Shown: positions 1 through 14,391, counted from the stretch's first letter. The stretch is DNA of 64,000 nt from Octopus sinensis (GCF_006345805.1 NC_043003.1:65782001-65846000); one strand, 5' to 3'. The notes: generated by a model not told the origin, from the sequence alone. A program made the numbers and translations.

Positions 1-1551
1 TATTTTAAAAGATGTTTTCTGAATTCCAATGTGATTTTTTGAACTCTTATTGCTCCAGTATCTATGAGATGTCCACAAAAGGAAAATGCTCCTGCGCATT
101 GACTATTCCATTAACATATATGTAACTGTAACATATATAAATCAGATGTGAATTCTCTCATATACAGGTATGTCTTTTCTATCATAAGCTCGTACTTCAA
201 TATAAAATTATTTAATAACATAAGTTCTCTGAAATATTTATTTGCAAAGGCAGAATTTATTGCAATGGTTTGCGAGCCTACGTTACGTGTCTCTTGCTTT
301 AGCTACCGATGGATTTGGTTGAGTTATTTTGTAGCTTAAACGTTCTGAATATAGCAGAAATATTGCTCAGCACAGGTTTATGTTCTCTGCAGTAGCTAAA
401 ATAATTATGTTGCTTGAATAAACTGAGAAAACAAATAAATAAGGCAGTTATAGACCAATACTGGTTAGGAAATATCTCCATCGTATTTCCTGTTTTATTT
501 CTTTTCACAACCTTCGTGATTCTGTGATTCACGTGTAGGAAAATAACGAAGAAATATTATTGGCTCATGATAATGCAGAACCTAAAGATGAGACATGCTA
601 TGCCTTAATGTTTACATCTTAAATTCACATAACGTTCAAATCTGCAACGGATTTGGTCAGTCATTAAAGTCCGTATTCCTCGGTGATTTTGACAAAAACG
701 TGCCCCGACGCTATAAAGTTATGAAAAGGAAATATACACGAAGGTTTGTTTATGTTGGGATTTTAGTTCCTTAAAAGCGCAGTGATATGTAAATCATCTA
801 CATTCACTTTGTAAATGGAACGAATGGTAGACTCGTTGAGACTAAATTCACGGCTCCTTCCTGCAATACTCTTACCATCACATATTTTCTTGATCATCTA
901 TACCTTCTTCTGTTGTTGGTATGAGACGCCTTTGCATGTTTTCTGTACGCTGATCACATATTGATTGGTATGAGATAAATCCATAAAAACACAATAGGCT
1001 GCGAGTCAGTGATGTAAACACAAGTGATAGTCAGTACATTCTGTGTAGCTGAGCATTGTGGGTGGTCGCTGGGAGAGGACATTGCTGGGCAAGCAGTTTT
1101 GGATCGTTGAACCGTGTTGTTACAGATCAATCTGTGATAAGTATAACATGATTCATCATTGTGTGCACTATTTTACTTCAGATCAGTGAATGGAATACAT
1201 GAGGCTACATGTAAAATATTTGAGGTTGAAAATAGTTCGAACAAACAAAGGAAGTGTGAGAAATACATATGTCAGTAGGCCATGAATCTCGAAGCAAATA
1301 AAACAAAATAAAACTATAAACAATAGCATATAAACATTGGGTTAAAATCCTTTGGACAGAAAAATTTGAAGGCTACTTATGGGACTCGACAACATACACT
1401 TCTCGCGGGTAAGATTAAAGTTTCTAAAATTTAGGGAGAAATGCGAAGGGCTGCTTTGGTTAGGTGGTAGATTGCTTGCCATGTTTACAGATGTGGGCTC
1501 TACTCCCACGGGCAGCCTTCTATTTCTTTTCTATCCAATATTTACACGCTT

Positions 1552-1775
1552 AAGGCGGCGCGCTGGCAGAAATGTTAGCATGCCGGGCGAAATTGTTAGC
1601 AGTATTTCGTTTGTCTACGTTCTGAGTTTAAATTCCATCGAGGTCGACTTTGTCTTTCATCATTTCGGGGTTGATAAATTAAGAACTAGTTGCGTATTTT
1701 GATCGATGTAATCGACTGGCCTCTCCCCCAAAATATCGGGCCTTGTGTCTAGAGTAGAAAAGAATATTCACACGC
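1552..1775 (+). mobile_element. SINE with Nin/Deu-like central domain
   Basis: aaggcggcgcgctggcagaa..gttctgagtt.aaattcc..gaggtcgactttg.ctttcatc.tttcgggg.tgataaattaag; the domain name is from recalled resemblance. Confidence 0.75.
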
Positions 1776-1886
1776 TATTATTTATAGCCTTGCCTGCGTT
1801 GATATCCACTGTTCATATTCTCTCGACGTTCCTAAATTGTTATGACATAAACACTACATATGCATACACACACACACATACATATA

Positions 1887-1943
<57 letters not shown>

Positions 1944-1944
1944 T

Positions 1945-2258
1945 TTACAGAGATGTACTGGCATAGCAAGTGACTTGATCCGAGATCGTGTGCTGAAACA
2001 AGAATAATTGCAGCGTGAAACACACAAGAACTGTTAGATTCACTTCAACATTTAAATATTATTTGGTGTCAGAATATTTTCGTCGCTTTGAAACCGCAAC
2101 CTCTTCACTGACAAAATTTCGTGCTGCATCTCTTGTCAGTGAACAGGTTGTTCAAATCGACGAAATATTTTAACACAAATAAACTTTAAATGTTGAAGTG
2201 AATCAAACGGCTTTTGTGTGTTTTTAAATGGCTTATAAACACCTTCCACGCTGCAATT
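1945..2258 (+). mobile_element. Palindromic (foldback) repeat family, copy 1
   Basis: Arms ~2006-2110 and ~2130-2258 (aattgcagcgtg..gattcacttcaacatttaaa / reverse), preceded by a conserved ~60-nt one-sided leader; TA-flanked. Confidence 0.75.
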
Positions 2259-2274
2259 ATATATTTATATAGAG

Positions 2275-2400
2275 AAAGACGAAGACAATTTTATGAACAA
2301 CAAGCGAGTGTATTAGCTTGACGCTCGGGATAAAGGGAAAATTCTTCTATGTTTCGAGCCTATGTTCTTCAATAAAAGGGAATAGAGAAAATAAACAGAG
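2275..2400 (-). mobile_element. Decayed copy of the short family seen at ~63100-63305
   Basis: Minus strand reads ttgaagaacataggctcgaaacatagaag..cccgagcgtcaagctaatacactcgcttgttgtt..tgtcttcgtc, colinear with 63192-63290. Confidence 0.6.
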
Positions 2401-2720
2401 AGAGTATATTTCATGGTATTGATCATGCTATCGGATGTTCTTATACATCGCTGGTCACGATATGCTTGCATTGTTTTAACCTTCGAATGATGCCACCCGC
2501 TGACTAGTCGAACAGGCCAACATGATCGGAACATTATTCTGTCGTCGTGTTCCCCATTTAACCTGAGTGAGCTAGAGTAACGAGAAATGAAGTGCTTTGT
2601 TCAAGAAGACAATACGCCGGCCGGTTCGAGAACGCACGATCTAGCGATCCTAAGTGCAGCACCCAAGCCAAAATTCCACTCGCCTTGACATACACACACA
2701 CATAAAGACATAGCTATATA

Positions 2721-2758
<38 letters not shown>

Positions 2759-4334
2759 GAGAGGGAAAACCGTTTTATGTACATTACAGTATTGTCTTTC
2801 TACGCTGATTTTCGTTATTGCTTTAGGGTACCCTAACTTGATTAAACATTATGAAGAAATATTTCCATTTATTTTATTAGCGAAGAGAAAATATATCCAC
2901 CATTTAAGCATTTCTCATTGCTAGAATTAACTTCTCTTGTGAACTGAAATACGTTTCCCAATATTCTTTCTACACATTTCCTACACAGTTTTTATATTCA
3001 ACACGTTTGATATCAAATTCCATTTAAACGCTTCATTTGAGATGAATAAGGTAAAATGAAACCACGATTGAACAGAGTTTTGGCATTGCATATGCAATTT
3101 TCCGATTAAGCAACAATTTTTAATTTGTCTCTAAAAGTTATTTGCGATATTAGTTAATGTAATTTTAATAACATTTCTTTTAATTTCCTTTAAGTGTATA
3201 CGTATATATTTTTTCTTTTATTCACGGTCACTTAATCCTTATTGGTATTGAAGTAGTTATTAAACAAAGTCAATTCTGTGTCAGCCATTACCGTACTTCA
3301 GCGCAAACTTCAGCACAAGAAGATGTCTCTCTTGTAGTAACGCTACTTTCATCTCATGTTTACTGATGTTTTTAATTTGAAAGCACATTTTCAATAGAGA
3401 AATCAATATTCAGAGCTATGACTATGTATTTTGCTGAAATTTAACATTACGCTTGGCTTTCAAAATTTAATCAGTTATCTTTCAGTAAATTAGTTTTATA
3501 TGAACACAGACAAATTATATCCGCACTTACATCCACAAATACATATTGTTTACTATGTTTACAAAATAAAAATCGATGTTATTGACCGCTTTACCTACAC
3601 ATAAACACACACATATACCCACTCGTGTATACATACGTACATACACACACGCGCTTTTATACACATACACTTAATTTAGGTTTATCCAGTAAGTATTAGA
3701 GCACGTGAAAACATGTCTAACTTCCTCAGAACTAACCATAAGAAGCTGGGTTTCACATGACCAAAAAAGAACGGGGCTAATCAAATGAGTACATCTGTAA
3801 ACTTATCAAAGGTACAGTCGAATTATGTAAAACATTCATGAAGCTCAATATCTCCTAAGATGAACGTAGTATTAAAACGAGGCATCATCTATTTATTCTT
3901 TATCCGCATTCAGTATTTCCCACAGAGACTGGATGCACCTAGCAAATTGTAAAGGAATAGGTTTCTCCTGTGGCAGTTTTTAAGTCAAAATCAGGCATAG
4001 TCGAGGTGTTTTATAACGAAAGGTCGTTCACCCATAACATTTTCATAACACGCTTTCAGATATACTACATCCTGTTCCAGATGGCTCAATCTGCTATGTT
4101 CTAACGTAAATACGTTAATCATTGAAAAAGATTTACCTAGTATTGGAACAAGGTTGAGCGACCACGTATTGGTGTTTCTATGAAGACCCGTGATTACCCG
4201 TCAGCTAATTGGTGTTATAAACACATACACACATACACACACACATACACACACACACACGCACACGCACACACATATATATATAGATAGATAGATACAT
4301 ACATACACATATACACGCATATATATACACACAC

Positions 4335-4414
<80 letters not shown>

Positions 4415-4469
4415 GCATATATATACACACACATATATATATACATATATACATACATACATATATACA

Positions 4470-4532
<63 letters not shown>

Positions 4533-4795
4533 GACGGATTTCTTTCAGTTTCCGTCTACCAAATCCACTCACAAGGCTTTGGTCGGACTGAACCCGGAAC
4601 CATGTGGCTGGTAAGCAAGCTACTTACCACACAGCCACTCCTGCGCCTAATATATATACATATATTTATATATATACATATACATGTATACGTATATAAT
4701 TACATACATACATATATACATACATACATACATACATACATACATACATACATACATACATACATACTTGCATACATACATACATACATACATAT

Positions 4796-4828
<33 letters not shown>

Positions 4829-5047
4829 TATATAATAAATATTAGGGAATAAATCCAAACTTACAGGGAAAAATCAGATTTAGGATAGAATCCAATTTTA
4901 TAGTAAAATATTATATTATATTAAATTAGAGACAAAACCACTATTAGGCAAATCAAACAATGAAAAACTTAAGCCAATACATAAGATTATTTAATGTATA
5001 TTATTTAAATATATAACAAAATTATTAAAAAAATATAATTAATATCA

Positions 5048-5111
5048 CACTACGATCATTTCATGCCTGCTAACTTCTTCAAATTTTTGAGTCGCAGTCA
5101 TTCATCAGGTG
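5048..5111 (-). ncRNA. Mirror-copy hammerhead ribozyme (C15.2 to U)
   Basis: Reverse complement of 5154-5217 except GAAAU-GAUC-GUA, which gives a U-G wobble in stem III. Confidence 0.65.
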
Positions 5112-5153
5112 GTTTAAATATTGTTTAAACCTCGCCAAGATAAATATTTAAAC

Positions 5154-5217
5154 CACCTGATGAATGACTGCGACTCAAAAATTTGAAGAAGTTAGCAGGC
5201 ATGAAACGATCGTAGTG
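5154..5217 (+). ncRNA. Minimal type I hammerhead ribozyme
   Basis: CAC/GUG stem I, CUGAUGA (5157-5163), stem II AUG.CUGC/GCAG.CAU, GAAAC-GAUC-GUA. Predicted cut 5214|5215. Confidence 0.8.
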
Positions 5218-5356
5218 TGATATTAATTATATTTTTTTAATAATTTTGTTATATATTTAAATAATATAAATTAAATAATCTTATGTATTGGCTTAAGTTT
5301 TTCATTGTTTGATTTGCCTAATAGTGGTTTTGTCTCTAATTTAATATAATATATAC

Positions 5357-5387
<31 letters not shown>

Positions 5388-5412
5388 CACATATGTATGT
5401 ATGTATATATAT

Positions 5413-5460
<48 letters not shown>

Positions 5461-5786
5461 ATAATTCGATTTAAAATCTAAAGCTCTTACATTCAACTAA
5501 ATACCAACGCAGGAAACTTGTTTGAATTACGTCAATTTGAAAACGTCCTAAATAATGGACCTTTCATCAAATGGTAACGCCTAGGATGTATAATTGCAGA
5601 TAGAGCAATGTGCAGTTGGTGCAGTTGAAAGATATGTTAGTCATTGTCATATAGACGGTAGAAAACTTTTATGAATAACTTTTGGATGTGAAAAAATCTC
5701 CACACACCTCTTGGTTTTCAATTATGTATATATGTATGTATGCATGTATGTATGTATGTATGTATGTATGTATGTATGTATGTATG

Positions 5787-5892
<106 letters not shown>

Positions 5893-5959
5893 TATATATA
5901 TATGTATATATAGACATAAACACACATATTTTTTCAAAAATGCATGCATTAATTCATAC

Positions 5960-6290
5960 ATACATCCATACATGATGGTTGAGCAATTCTTCTACTTACA
6001 CCTTAGATAGATCATAGCATCTGATGTGGCTGTTTAATCCAGACAATATATTGAAGAGACTCTCACATAGATCGCATATCTTTTTCGGAGCACCAAAAAC
6101 CTGCAGCTATGTTCTGATCTTTGTGGATCTTAAAATGTCTTTTCATACCTCCTTTAGATTTGCAGACCTTCTAGCATACACAGCATCGGGAGGTATACAC
6201 AGATATATAGACAAAGTAGTTAGTGGAGCTTCGTTTTGCATGGGTCTAAGAATGAGATTTGAGCCCAACAAAAGAAAGGTATGGTCCCTC
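5960..6290 (-). mobile_element. Decayed RTE-like LINE 3' end with C2H2-like motifs
   Basis: Minus: KVCKSKGGMKRHFKIH..CDLCESLFNILSGLNSHIR, ending at microsatellite. Confidence 0.5.
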
Positions 6291-6949
6291 ACAACGTGTG
6301 CACACATACATACATACACTCATACATAATACATACATACATATATACATACATACATACATGCATACATGCATACATACATATCTGTACCAACTATATC
6401 ACTTACATAAAGCTTTGTGTCAGAGAAACACAAGAGATCTAGATCCGACTGATTAGTGTCTTCCTCTCACAATAACCAAGTTACAAAATTTACATAGTGT
6501 CACAATCATTCCCTTTTGAAGGAGTTAAACCGCCCCACGGTTCTTAGCCTAGCTGATGTTGTTTGTCTTTTTTTAATTTCATAATCAATTAAATCAATGA
6601 CTATAATATGACTAGCGTGACAAGTAACACAACCAAAAGTGTGCATCATATAACTTTTTCCTTTTTCTTCCTCAGATAAAATATTTTGATTCCCAACGAG
6701 TTGCTATTTCTGGAGTTTGTGTAATTTCGCTGAATTAAATGCATGCTATTGTTGCGTTCTTTAAAAAAACATTTGTAAACGAATCAATATTTGTACCTTT
6801 CTTTAGTTTAAAATCTTCAATGGTGCTATGTCTCATCACTCTAGATATACATGCGTCTACGTATTTGTGCAACGTAAGTAATCCACGCATCCATCCAACA
6901 ATTTTCCCTTTCCCCACGATAATTATTCATGGGTAGGTCACGGTAGTAG

Positions 6950-7235
6950 AATCTTCATGCACCTCCATTATACGCTCCTATCAGAAACAACAGCCATTTC
7001 AATTTCTTGTATTTCCATGAGTGACCAACACGGAATATGAATATTATCTAATCATCTCGTTCTTGCATCTCCTCTTGGGTATCTTGCAATTCCTTCCAAC
7101 GACACACTAATTCCATGTCTGTAGTACCAGAGCAGCGACATCTCAAGACACTATAGTTGCTTGATCTGTAAAGATTCCTGATCTCCGAGATCCGCACCCT
7201 TTCGAGTAACGTTACTCCAGAAACCCTACAAAGGA
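6950..7235 (-). mobile_element. Highly decayed RTE-like LINE C-terminus
   Basis: Minus frames: GVTLLERVRISEIR and GIARYPRGDARTR*LDNI..AVVSDRSV*WR, resembling the RTE GRPRTRW.DNI..DR..WR pattern. Confidence 0.5.
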
Positions 7236-7874
7236 ACTCATTTTGTGAAATAATAAAAAAATTTAAAGTATCACATTTTTATAGACAAAATTTTCATTAT
7301 TTTCTAATTTTAATAGGGACTTTGTTCCTTTTAACATATTTGAAGTTACTCAAGATTATTTAACGATCAAAAAGTAATTATCTATATTTATTTTTCTACA
7401 GTGGTATTAAGATTTGATGTCGCAACTTTCAAATAATTTCTTTAGTACAGCGGGCGGAAATTCTGTAGCGAAAATCTCATTAAGAATATAATGATTTTGC
7501 ATAAAACTATACGTTAATATCTAACTAAAATGTCATTCTTGTGCATTCGAAACCAAATTTATTAAAGATAAAGAAATAAAGAATAATAATGGAAAGCAGT
7601 TTTAAAATGTAATCTGCAGAACCTCGTGTAAACGATACTAGGAAAGTGTTTTTTGCTCATTACGTATTTCATCTCGACGGAGTTTAGTATGATTCAAGTG
7701 TCTATACTTCCATTTTACAAAGATGGGATTGGTACATTTACAATAGAGTCATTTACCTGTTTATTTATTATCACTGCCTGACGATAAAAAACATGAAAGG
7801 CTTCTGACGTAATATCTAGTGTATGAATAAAAAGTAAGGTAATAGATATTATACATACATTAATACATACATAT

Positions 7875-7905
<31 letters not shown>

Positions 7906-7924
7906 TGTGTGTGTGTATATATAT

Positions 7925-7987
<63 letters not shown>

Positions 7988-7989
7988 TA

Positions 7990-8020
<31 letters not shown>

Positions 8021-10077
8021 TGTGTGACAGCAAACATCGGCTGAGAAATAAAACTAATGTGAAAGCGGCCGATTGACTACCTGCTTTCTGACAACATTGT
8101 ACATATTGGTAATGGAGTTTTAGTTAACACAACAAAAGAACATTTCACAATATTACGTAGAAAAGCGATAAAATATTGTTTGCTGACAGGTTGTAAGAAG
8201 AAGCATACGTCATGAGAAATGGAAAATATTAAGAGGAGTGTTACGAAATTACAAGACAATCCTAACTGCTGCAGAATACAGCACTTTCGATATATTATTT
8301 ATGGTTACTCTGTTATCAATACAACGAAAAGCTTACTGAAATATTTATCAGTTGAACGGCTCATCACTTATTGGATGCAATTTCCAGACAATGATGCTTC
8401 CGAAAGCAAAGACTAATATTAATACTTTACACAGATTCATATGGATAGTAATTTCGTTCGCAAGCAGCACTTTTATGAACTTACAGGATTCTTAACTTGT
8501 CTACAGTTGCTCCAACGTTACAATATCTTGTATTTGAGGTATAAATTTATTTGTATTAAACAATAAATTCAGGAAAATAAACTTTATAACGAGAATAATA
8601 AAACACTCGTTACGTTTTAGGTGTCTGTTAATCCTAAATATATGGCATATAGTAGCACTGAATGATGATGGAATAACTGATTAAAGAAAGACATGATTTA
8701 TATTATTTAGAATATGTAAATTGTTCATAGCCAGCAACTGTTAATGATACGACCATTAATTATTTTGACTTTATAAAATACTAGCAGAGATACCCGATGT
8801 TGCCCGTGTTACATGCAATTGAAGAATTAGACTTTTCTGTTATATTTTCTGTAATGAACTGGAATAACTATGTATCGAATTTCATCTGAATTGCAGATGA
8901 GCGTTATTTCCCTCTTTACACACCCTAAAAAAATTGTAATCGTGCCACATGCATCCCATACTACTGATTTTTATGCGCATATTCCAAAATTCCAGGCTTA
9001 TTGAACCTGTTAAAAGGATTTTGCTCCTGAAAAATGAAGGTCATGGAGCTCTAAAATGTGAGATTAAGGCCTCCATTGGGGGTGGGTGTCTTAAAGTCAA
9101 GCAGAGAATTTGAATTGCTGAGAATCTTTTTAAATTGCGTCTTATATCTATTGTTTAAATTTCTTTGAAATAGGAAATATATGTTGACTGGGTTTGTTAA
9201 AGAGAACAAAGCTACAGGAAACCAAAACACGAATGATCACAATAAGCAGTCGGCTACCCTACCCTGGTCATTACCACTCCCAATATAGGATTCATCACCA
9301 TCCAGGTGACAAGGCACAGCCGTAAGTTGTATTACGAATCTATAGCAATTGGAGGGGCGTGACCTATCTGAAATAAACATTAACAACTGTGTGACGTGAG
9401 AGCTAAGGAGAAATGAAAGTGTCACCTCTGGAGTTTGCAAATGAACACTATACTGATACGTAACTGGACAGAATAAATTTACAATCTATAAATATCTTTG
9501 AATAACCAGTCACTCATCTGGGAAGGCCTTGAAATCAATGTTATCATCTGGGGACTATATGTGACCTGGTGATAAAAGAAAGACTGAAAGGAGGTCTGCA
9601 ATCCAATAACTTTACTCAACACTTTGCAACTTAATCAGTGGAGGCAAAGATGCCTCTCATTTACTTGACAAATTATGCACCACATTGCAGAAATCACAAT
9701 GTAAGTGTATGTCAAAGCCAACTGTTACACTGTTGTACCATTGAATTACAACTAATGCTCATCTTTTATGCACGGGTAACCCTACAGTTTCCAAGAGTAT
9801 AACTGTATTTGTTTTTGCTTAGATAAAATGACAAAAGTGTGGGTGTTAAATCCCCATGGAGGGAGTCTTTGTAATTTATAAGAAGATGAAATTTTATAAA
9901 TATTACTTCATTTGTGTCTAATATCTATGATTAAAATTTCCTGAACAGCAAAAATATTTATGGTCTTAATGCATAGAATTTTCCAAATTTCACAAAGATC
10001 CATTGAATACTTTTGACCTAGTCTTGGATCGTAAAAGAAAGGACTAAAATTTGGTACTTAAGACTCCCAATAGGGTG

Positions 10078-10142
<65 letters not shown>

Positions 10143-10385
10143 TATTGATAGATAGATAGATATAGATATAGATATATATACACACACACGCATACAAAGA
10201 TAAATTGATAGATACAACTGAGTGGGCAAAGATATGAGCCTAGTGTTTTTTTATGTTGATAAGCCTGGTATTTATTCCATTAGTTTCTTCTTGTGAAACC
10301 AGTAAGTTATGGGGATGTAGATAAATGAACAGCGGTTGTGAAGCAGTGATGAGGGCGAAACACAGAGACAAAGACACACACATAC

Positions 10386-10429
<44 letters not shown>

Positions 10430-10430
<1 letters not shown>

Positions 10431-10638
10431 ATTACGGAGATGTACTCGCATAACAAGTAATTTGATCTGAGATCGTGTGCTGAAACGAAAACAATTGCAG
10501 CGTGGAAGGTGTTTATAAGCCATTTAAGAAACACACAAAAGCCGTTCGATTCACTTAAATTAAACTTAAATGTTGAAGTGAATCGAACGGCTTTTGTGTG
10601 TTTCTTAAATGGCTTATAAACACTTTCCACGCTGCAAT

Positions 10639-10640
<2 letters not shown>
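10430..10640 (+). mobile_element. Palindromic repeat family, copy 2 (internally deleted)
   Basis: Arms 10492-10555 and 10576-10640 are nearly perfect; same leader; inside (TA)n. Confidence 0.8.
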
Positions 10641-10709
<69 letters not shown>

Positions 10710-10757
10710 CATATACGATAGATTTGTTTCAGTTCCTGTCTACGAAATCCATATATA

Positions 10758-11132
10758 TAAACTTAGATAAACTTAGATATGTTTCGACCAAAGATTGGTC
10801 CAGGCCATGTCTAACTTAATAGCACCACCTGATAGGATTATTCGAATCCTGTTTAAGACAAGTTTTGTTCAAGTAGTGAGTTCTTGTTGGGTGAGTTGTA
10901 TCCAATTATGGGTGGCTTATCTGGTATTCTTTGAAGGAATCTATCCAGACTCTGTTTAAAGTTGATGGGATCCTTTTTCTCTTTGATCTCTCTCGGGACA
11001 ATGTTAAATAGGGCAGGGCCTGTTGAGGAAAAGAAATTATGTTGCAGTGTGCATGTATGTTGTGATATTGAATTGGGCAGGGGACGTATAGCCCGTGGTC
11101 CAAGTCTTGGAGGAACCTTGAAGCTAATGTTT

Positions 11133-11135
<3 letters not shown>
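10758..11135 (-). mobile_element. CR1/L2-like LINE 3' end
   Basis: GPALFNIVPREIKEKKDPINFKQSLDRFLQRIPDKPPIIGYNSPNKNSLL*, followed by a 3' UTR hairpin (gacc..ggtc) and terminal tandem repeat (atctaagttt)2. Confidence 0.7.
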
Positions 11136-11184
<49 letters not shown>

Positions 11185-12146
11185 GCAAAGATAAATTGCT
11201 AAATACAACTGAGTGGGCAAACAAAAGTATGAGACACTGCCTAGTGCTTTTATTTATTTTGATAAGCGAGGTACTTATTCTACCAGTTTCTTCTTGTGAA
11301 ACCATTAACTTATGGGGAAGTAAATAAACGAATACCAGTTGTGAAGCAGTGATGAGGGAGTAAGAGAAAGACACACACATAGACTTACATATATACATAC
11401 ATATATATACAACTGATTTCTTTCAGTTTTTCACTACAAAATCCACTGACAAGGCTTTGGTTGGTCTGAGGCTATAGCAGAAGACACATGCCAAGGTACC
11501 ACACAGTGGGACTGAACGCAGGACCATGTGTTTTGGAACCAAGTTAGTAACCACACAGCCACACCTGCACCTATGTGTGTGTGTGTGTGTGGATGTGTAT
11601 GTATATGTGTATGGGGGTATATATGTATGCATGTATATATGTGTACATATTACATGTACACATATATATATATATATATATATACATCTACACATACATA
11701 TATACACATACATATATACGTATACATCTTTATTCTGTCTCTCTGTCTTAACTCATGGTACGATATGAACACTTAAGGTGGTTTTTAGAGTCAGGGTTTT
11801 GACTGCTATTTTGGCATGGTCGTATCTCTCAGATACCCTTATACATGTAAATTTGAATTTAAAAGGACAATCAGTTTCTTCTTGTGAAACCAGTAAGTTA
11901 TGGGGATGTAAATAAACAAACACCAGTTGTGAATTGGTGATGAGGGAGAAAGAGAAAGACACACTCATAGACTTACATATATACATACATATATATACAA
12001 TTGATTTCTTTCAGTTTCTGTCTACAAAATCCACTAGCAAAGCTTTGGTTGATCTGAGGCTATAACCACACAACTACACCTGCATCTGCGTGTGTGTGTG
12101 GGGTGGGGTGTATGGCCGTATATATGTATGCATGTATACATATTAC

Positions 12147-12185
<39 letters not shown>

Positions 12186-12222
12186 TATACAGCTATGCAT
12201 ATATATGTATACATCTATATAT

Positions 12223-12268
<46 letters not shown>

Positions 12269-13740
12269 TATATATATATACATGTATATATATGTATACA
12301 TCTATATACATACATCTATATGTATATATCTCTCTCTATATATATACATGTATATTTAAATTTAAAATAAGAAGGGTGACAAATTGAATATCAATTTGAT
12401 TAATATGGATTTAAAACCAGTGGTGTAGCATATCAGACCATAGCAGATCTTCTTCTAGCATAATGGAAGGATGTCCAGTTACAGTTCATCCCTGTTATAT
12501 AATAGTTTCACGTTAATGGTTTCAGTATTAAAGTGAAAGCATGTGACATTACAATAGAGAGATGTTTTTGTTTCACTTTTGACACGTAATACTGAAATAG
12601 TGGAGAAAATATGACATTGATGTGAGCTCGCACTAGGCAAAAAGTTTTTTTGCCCATGACACTACATGGACCCTAAGTAAGGCATGTGTAATATTTGAAT
12701 GAAATTGGTTGTGTAGTTCTCAAGTTTTAGGGATTCACACAGACAGACAGATAGACACACATTCTCAGGTTTATATGTGTATAGATAACACCACTGGAGC
12801 AATGATAACATGTCTTTTTATAATTTGCAACACAGTATTAGGGTATTTGGGCGAATACTTTTTAAATGATTGCCATTTTTTTGCTTTCTTTTTGTCCAGA
12901 ACAGTGATGAAGAGAGAGCATCGTTATGTAGTCGAATGAAATGTAAAGCAGCGTTACTTGTGAATACTTACCATCTGAGAGCAAATTTCACTTGGGTTGA
13001 CTTTGCATATCATCCTTTCCATATAGAAAAAATAACCACCAGCTGAGCACTGAGTCGATCTAATCCATAACCCCTACATTTCCCCATACTAAACTAGTGA
13101 CGTTATGCCAAAATTTGAAACCGTTATTCATCTCCCGATTAAATTTTATTATACAGGTCTATGGTAGAAGCGCTCAAGCGAAGACGATCATATTTTCATC
13201 AAGCTTTGTATATACTACATTATTTCATAAGTTCAATTTTAAAGCAAGGAAGACGCCATTTTAGAAATTTTTAGTAGCATTTGAAAGCCGAGCTGCTTCG
13301 CAAAACCTTCCTCATTGGCCGTAGATACTTATATAGTGACATTCTTCAGCGGTCAAAACATCTGCGTTACAAATTCAAAAAAGCCAGAGGCCATACCTTT
13401 TTTTCTTTTACTGGTAGTTATTGATTATGTCGTAGGAATTTTATATTTTCTAACATTTGGAGCACATTTTAAAGATAATTGCATTTCTAAAGCCACAGGT
13501 GTTAATTTTAATGACAACATAAACTAATTTCAACAGGCACATATGCAACTGAAGGTACTTGTATATATGAATATATAGAGAGATATTGTCAAAGTGAGTT
13601 AATAACAGGAAACACATGATGTATGTATTATTTATTCTCATTTAAATCAGGTGATTTTAAATATATATATATATATATTATATATATATATATAAACATA
13701 TACATATATATTTGAAATCACCTGATACACACACACACAC

Positions 13741-13801
<61 letters not shown>

Positions 13802-14191
13802 TGTGCATATGTATATTTACATATACATATACATATGTATATATATACATAACACACGCACGCACACACAAATATATATATATGCTAATACATATGTAAA
13901 AATATAGATAAAGAATTAAATGTAAATACATATGGAACCTTAATGTAAAACATGATATACTGGAGAATATATGAGAATGTCATGTAGTTCAGGATATTGA
14001 GAATGGAAATACAGTTGAAGACGTTAAATAGATCAGAAAAGAAGGTAAAATGAGGCAGGCTTTGATATAAAAATATAAAAAGAACCAAACAAAATGAAAT
14101 CACTGAGTAGGAACGTGAGATTAAATATATAGTATTTAGCTGAGAAATAAGTGGCATATATATATATATATATATAGACAATATTAATATT

Positions 14192-14231
<40 letters not shown>

Positions 14232-14391
14232 TATATGGGTACAGGACGTCACCAAAAGAAAACAGCATAAAATACGAAAACAAATGAGTTAAATACGCAA
14301 AAACAACAAGAGTAAAAAAGGACAAGTAATACAAAGAATGATTCTCCAGCAGTTGGCGACTGTCTACTTACTCCTTATTTTGATCATTTAA

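Larger units (their letters stand above)
4836..5352. mobile_element. Short element with 210-bp near-perfect inverted repeat carrying two divergent HHRs (inverted pLTR-like), within (TA)n
   Basis: Arms 4913-5122 and 5143-5352 differ at about 2 positions, with a 20-nt spacer. There is a unique ~77-nt extension on the left (4836-4912) and microsatellite on both sides. Confidence 0.85.
10195..12100 (-). repeat. Three locally duplicated, diverged SINE-plus-flank units
   Basis: 10195-10380 resembles 11186-11370, and 11283-11478 resembles 11872-12063. All share the variant gtttcttcttgtgaaacc and non-SINE flanks. Confidence 0.7.

Noticed and set aside
10779-10806. CCUG-GACC..GGUC-GAAAC at the LINE 3' end, resembling half a hammerhead
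   Set aside because: It lacks ANGA of the core and has no stem I or III; better explained as the LINE 3' recognition hairpin.
13890-14385. Two further TA-flanked short insertions (13890-14155 and 14235-14385)
   Set aside because: They look like the same class of microsatellite-anchored elements, but I could not find an HHR core or terminal repeat, so they are not counted as ribozyme elements.
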